Origin: a virus
Lineage: Duplodnaviria; Caudoviricetes
DNA: 37,509 nucleotides
IMG/VR virus record: IMGVR_UViG_3300048598_000519
Location: 1 to 37,509 of that record
Direction: 5' to 3' (one strand)
Shown piece after piece: positions 35,441-37,509 of this stretch. The translations under genes were made by a program, and so were the position numbers. The notes beneath the pieces were generated by a model. The model was not told the origin of the DNA. It searched no databases and was given only the letters and a program-made list of their open reading frames with translations. The first letter of the stretch is position 1, and each line of letters begins with the position of its first letter.

Positions 35441-35857
35441 TTATCTTGCTGCTTTTCTTACACCGACTGTCGTTTTTTCATAAACCGATATGAGCCCATT
35501 TAGCCAGGATGGCAGGCTGTTGTCATGCTCTTCCATCTGCTCTTTTACAAACGCTGACAGCGAATTCGCGTTGACCGTTTCATATACCAACTCACCGTAC
35601 CCGTTTTCTTTAAGGGTATTGAACAGCTCGTCTTTGCACCCTTCCGCCGCTGACGCGCGGGTCGTGGTGGTCAGGCAGAACATAGTGCCTGAGCGTGTAA
35701 AATTCTGCGTTTCCGTTTCCACCATGAGCTCCGACAGTGCGTAATCCACTTCGTCGATCTGTGCGTTCAGTGTCTTTACCTCTGCTTCCGCCGTCCTTTT
35801 AGCGTCTTTTAGCTCTTTGAGCCTGTCCGCCAGTTCAAACATTCTTTGTGTTTCCAT
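35441..35857 (-). CDS. Coiled-coil phage protein
   Basis: 138 aa with an N-terminal coiled coil; AGGAGG SD. Confidence 0.6.
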   Translation of the reverse strand: METQRMFELADRLKELKDAKRTAEAEVKTLNAQIDEVDYALSELMVETETQNFTRSGTMFCLTTTTRASAAEGCKDELFNTLKENGYGELVYETVNANSLSAFVKEQMEEHDNSLPSWLNGLISVYEKTTVGVRKAAR

Positions 35858-35859
35858 TC

Positions 35860-37322
35860 TTATCTCCTCCTTTCAAACGGATTGAGACCTTTTCTGTAAT
35901 CATCCACCAGCGCCCATGCCAGATCGGCTTTGTCCCGCAATGCGCCAAGTACCTTCTCATCCACGGTTCCTCTGGCAGTCAGGTAGATATATGTACAGTT
36001 GTGTTTTTGCCCGACCCGGTGGATGCGGGCCTTCGTCTGCTCGAAATTGGACATCGAGTAATCAAGGCTGTAGAACACCATGGTACTGGCCGCGGTCAGT
36101 GTGATTCCCAGACCCGCCGTTGCGATCTGCCCTACAAATACCTGCACACCGGGATCGTTCTGAAACTTTTCCACCTCATTGGCCCGGTCTTTTACGTCGC
36201 CGGTTATGAGCGAGTACCGTATATCTCTCTTTTCAAGCATCCCGCAGATGACGTTGATCTCCGGAATAAACCGGGCGATGACCACCAGTTTTTTGCCTTC
36301 CTGCAAAACCTCCTCGACGATATCCTCAAGCGCATCCTGTTTGGCTGTGCTCACCCGCTGGGGGTTATCACAGCCGTCATTTCCGATAAACCCACCTGTC
36401 AGCTGCGACAATCGCAGCAGTTTGGTCAGTATGTTCGTCACCGTCACCTCGCCTTTGCCGAGCTCGGCATAGCTTTCCTTCACCAGATTGTTGTAGATCC
36501 TCGATGCTGCGGGTTCCAGCTCAACATACCGGATGATATCCATGGTTTCCGGCAGATCCAGGCATTCAGCCTTTGTAGCCCGGTACGCAATGCTGTGCAA
36601 CTTGCGCATGAGCTCCTGCTCCGTCGTTGTTTTAAGCACCGGCGTATAGTTCCCGTATCCCGTCATATCAAAATACCGGTTGCGGAATACATAAAAACTT
36701 TGTCCGAAGATAGCTGGGTTTACGAACTTGTACTGGCTGAATACATCGATAGCTTTGTTTGTGATGACCGTTCCGGTTAACAGCAGCTTGTACCGCGCCT
36801 TCGCGCCCAGCCGGTACATCGCCTTGGATGCCGCGATGTTATGAGTTTTGATTTTATGGCCTTCATCACAGATAATCAGATCCGGATTCCATGAAACCAG
36901 TTCTTTCTCCATCCGCCACGCGCTTTCATAGTTTACGACCGCAACCTGTAACGACGATCCCTGAAGATGCCTTAGGGTATCCGCCTTCTTCGCCATGCTG
37001 CCGGAAAGCACTGCCAGCGTATAATCGTAATCCGCGAACTTCGCAAACTCCTCCTGCCAGACGCCGAGGATGGACAGCGGTGCAACCACCAGTATCTTTT
37101 TGATCTTGCCGCTTCGATAAAGTGCTCCGGCAACTGCAATGCTGGTAATGGTTTTTCCTGTACCTATGGCTACATTTCCATAAGTAAAGCCACACCCGGG
37201 CTGCTTATGGAAAGTTCGTCATCACCCCCCTGCCGCAGGCCGAAGAGCCTGCAGACAAAATTGAATGCTTCTGTCTGATGCCTGTATGGCGTTCCCCGGA
37301 CGGGCATCCTTTTTTCATTCAT
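35860..37322 (-). CDS. SNF2-type DEXH helicase, split at Walker A by an 8-nt insert (37165-37172)
   Basis: ORF1 37322-37170 (50 aa, PYRHQ...LLMEM-stop). A second frame runs from 37164 (GTGKT...DEGH...LTGT...AGLGITL...RIHRVGQ) for 434 aa with no other lesion. Confidence 0.85.
37165..37254 (-). other. Candidate recoding (translational bypass) element
   Basis: ATG-TAG-CC-ATA-GGT with a 10-bp perfect stem (37175-37184/37204-37213), a 7-bp alternative pairing to the insert, and an upstream 9-bp hairpin (37233-37254). Confidence 0.5.
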
Positions 37323-37509
37323 TGGCTCCCTCCGGTATTTCCTGTATTGCCAGAGTCTTTACGCTGTTTCCGGGTACGATGACCATGACCTGGCTGTTTT
37401 CATTGAACAAGCGCCGCAAAAGGCGGTCTTTGAGGCTTGCCTTTTTGCATCTCACAATACCCGGGCCTTGCGTATCTTTGCAGATACTGATTTTCAGACT
37501 ATGCTGCAT
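37315..37509 (-). CDS. Hypothetical phage protein
   Basis: 64 aa whose end overlaps the helicase ATG; sits at the window edge. Confidence 0.65.
   Translation of the reverse strand: MQHSLKISICKDTQGPGIVRCKKASLKDRLLRRLFNENSQVMVIVPGNSVKTLAIQEIPEGANE

Noticed and set aside
35848-36780. 310-aa plus-strand ORF (also 27695-28429 and other plus-strand ORFs)
   Set aside because: Fully antisense to well-supported minus-strand genes; no domain evidence.
36926-37195. 89-aa minus-strand ORF spanning the helicase interruption
   Set aside because: Third reading frame with no helicase motifs or SD; it does not bridge the two helicase halves.

Overview
The window is most of a temperate siphophage (prophage) of a Clostridia-like Bacillota host, with essentially all genes on the minus strand. 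Read right to left it holds a replication module (SNF2-type helicase, putative ssDNA-binding protein, primase-helicase, palindromic putative origin, VRR-NUC), a late activator, HNH/cos/terS, two ParB-methyltransferases, small accessory genes, terL, HK97-type head, tail, lysis genes and a terminal cassette with two large serine recombinases. The immunity region and att sites are not in the window. Several morons with their own promoters and/or terminators interrupt the late operon: a six-zinc-finger HNH nuclease, a putative HhH-fold DNA glycosylase, a zinc-ribbon protein, a Phd-RelE/ParE pair and a lipoprotein + subtilase pair. The most unusual signal is in the helicase gene. Its Walker A motif (MEM|GTGKT) is split by 8 nt (ATG-TAG-CC-ATA-GGT) embedded in nested stem-loops, which resembles a programmed ribosomal bypass site more than random decay. 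All calls come from reading the sequence; no database searches were run.
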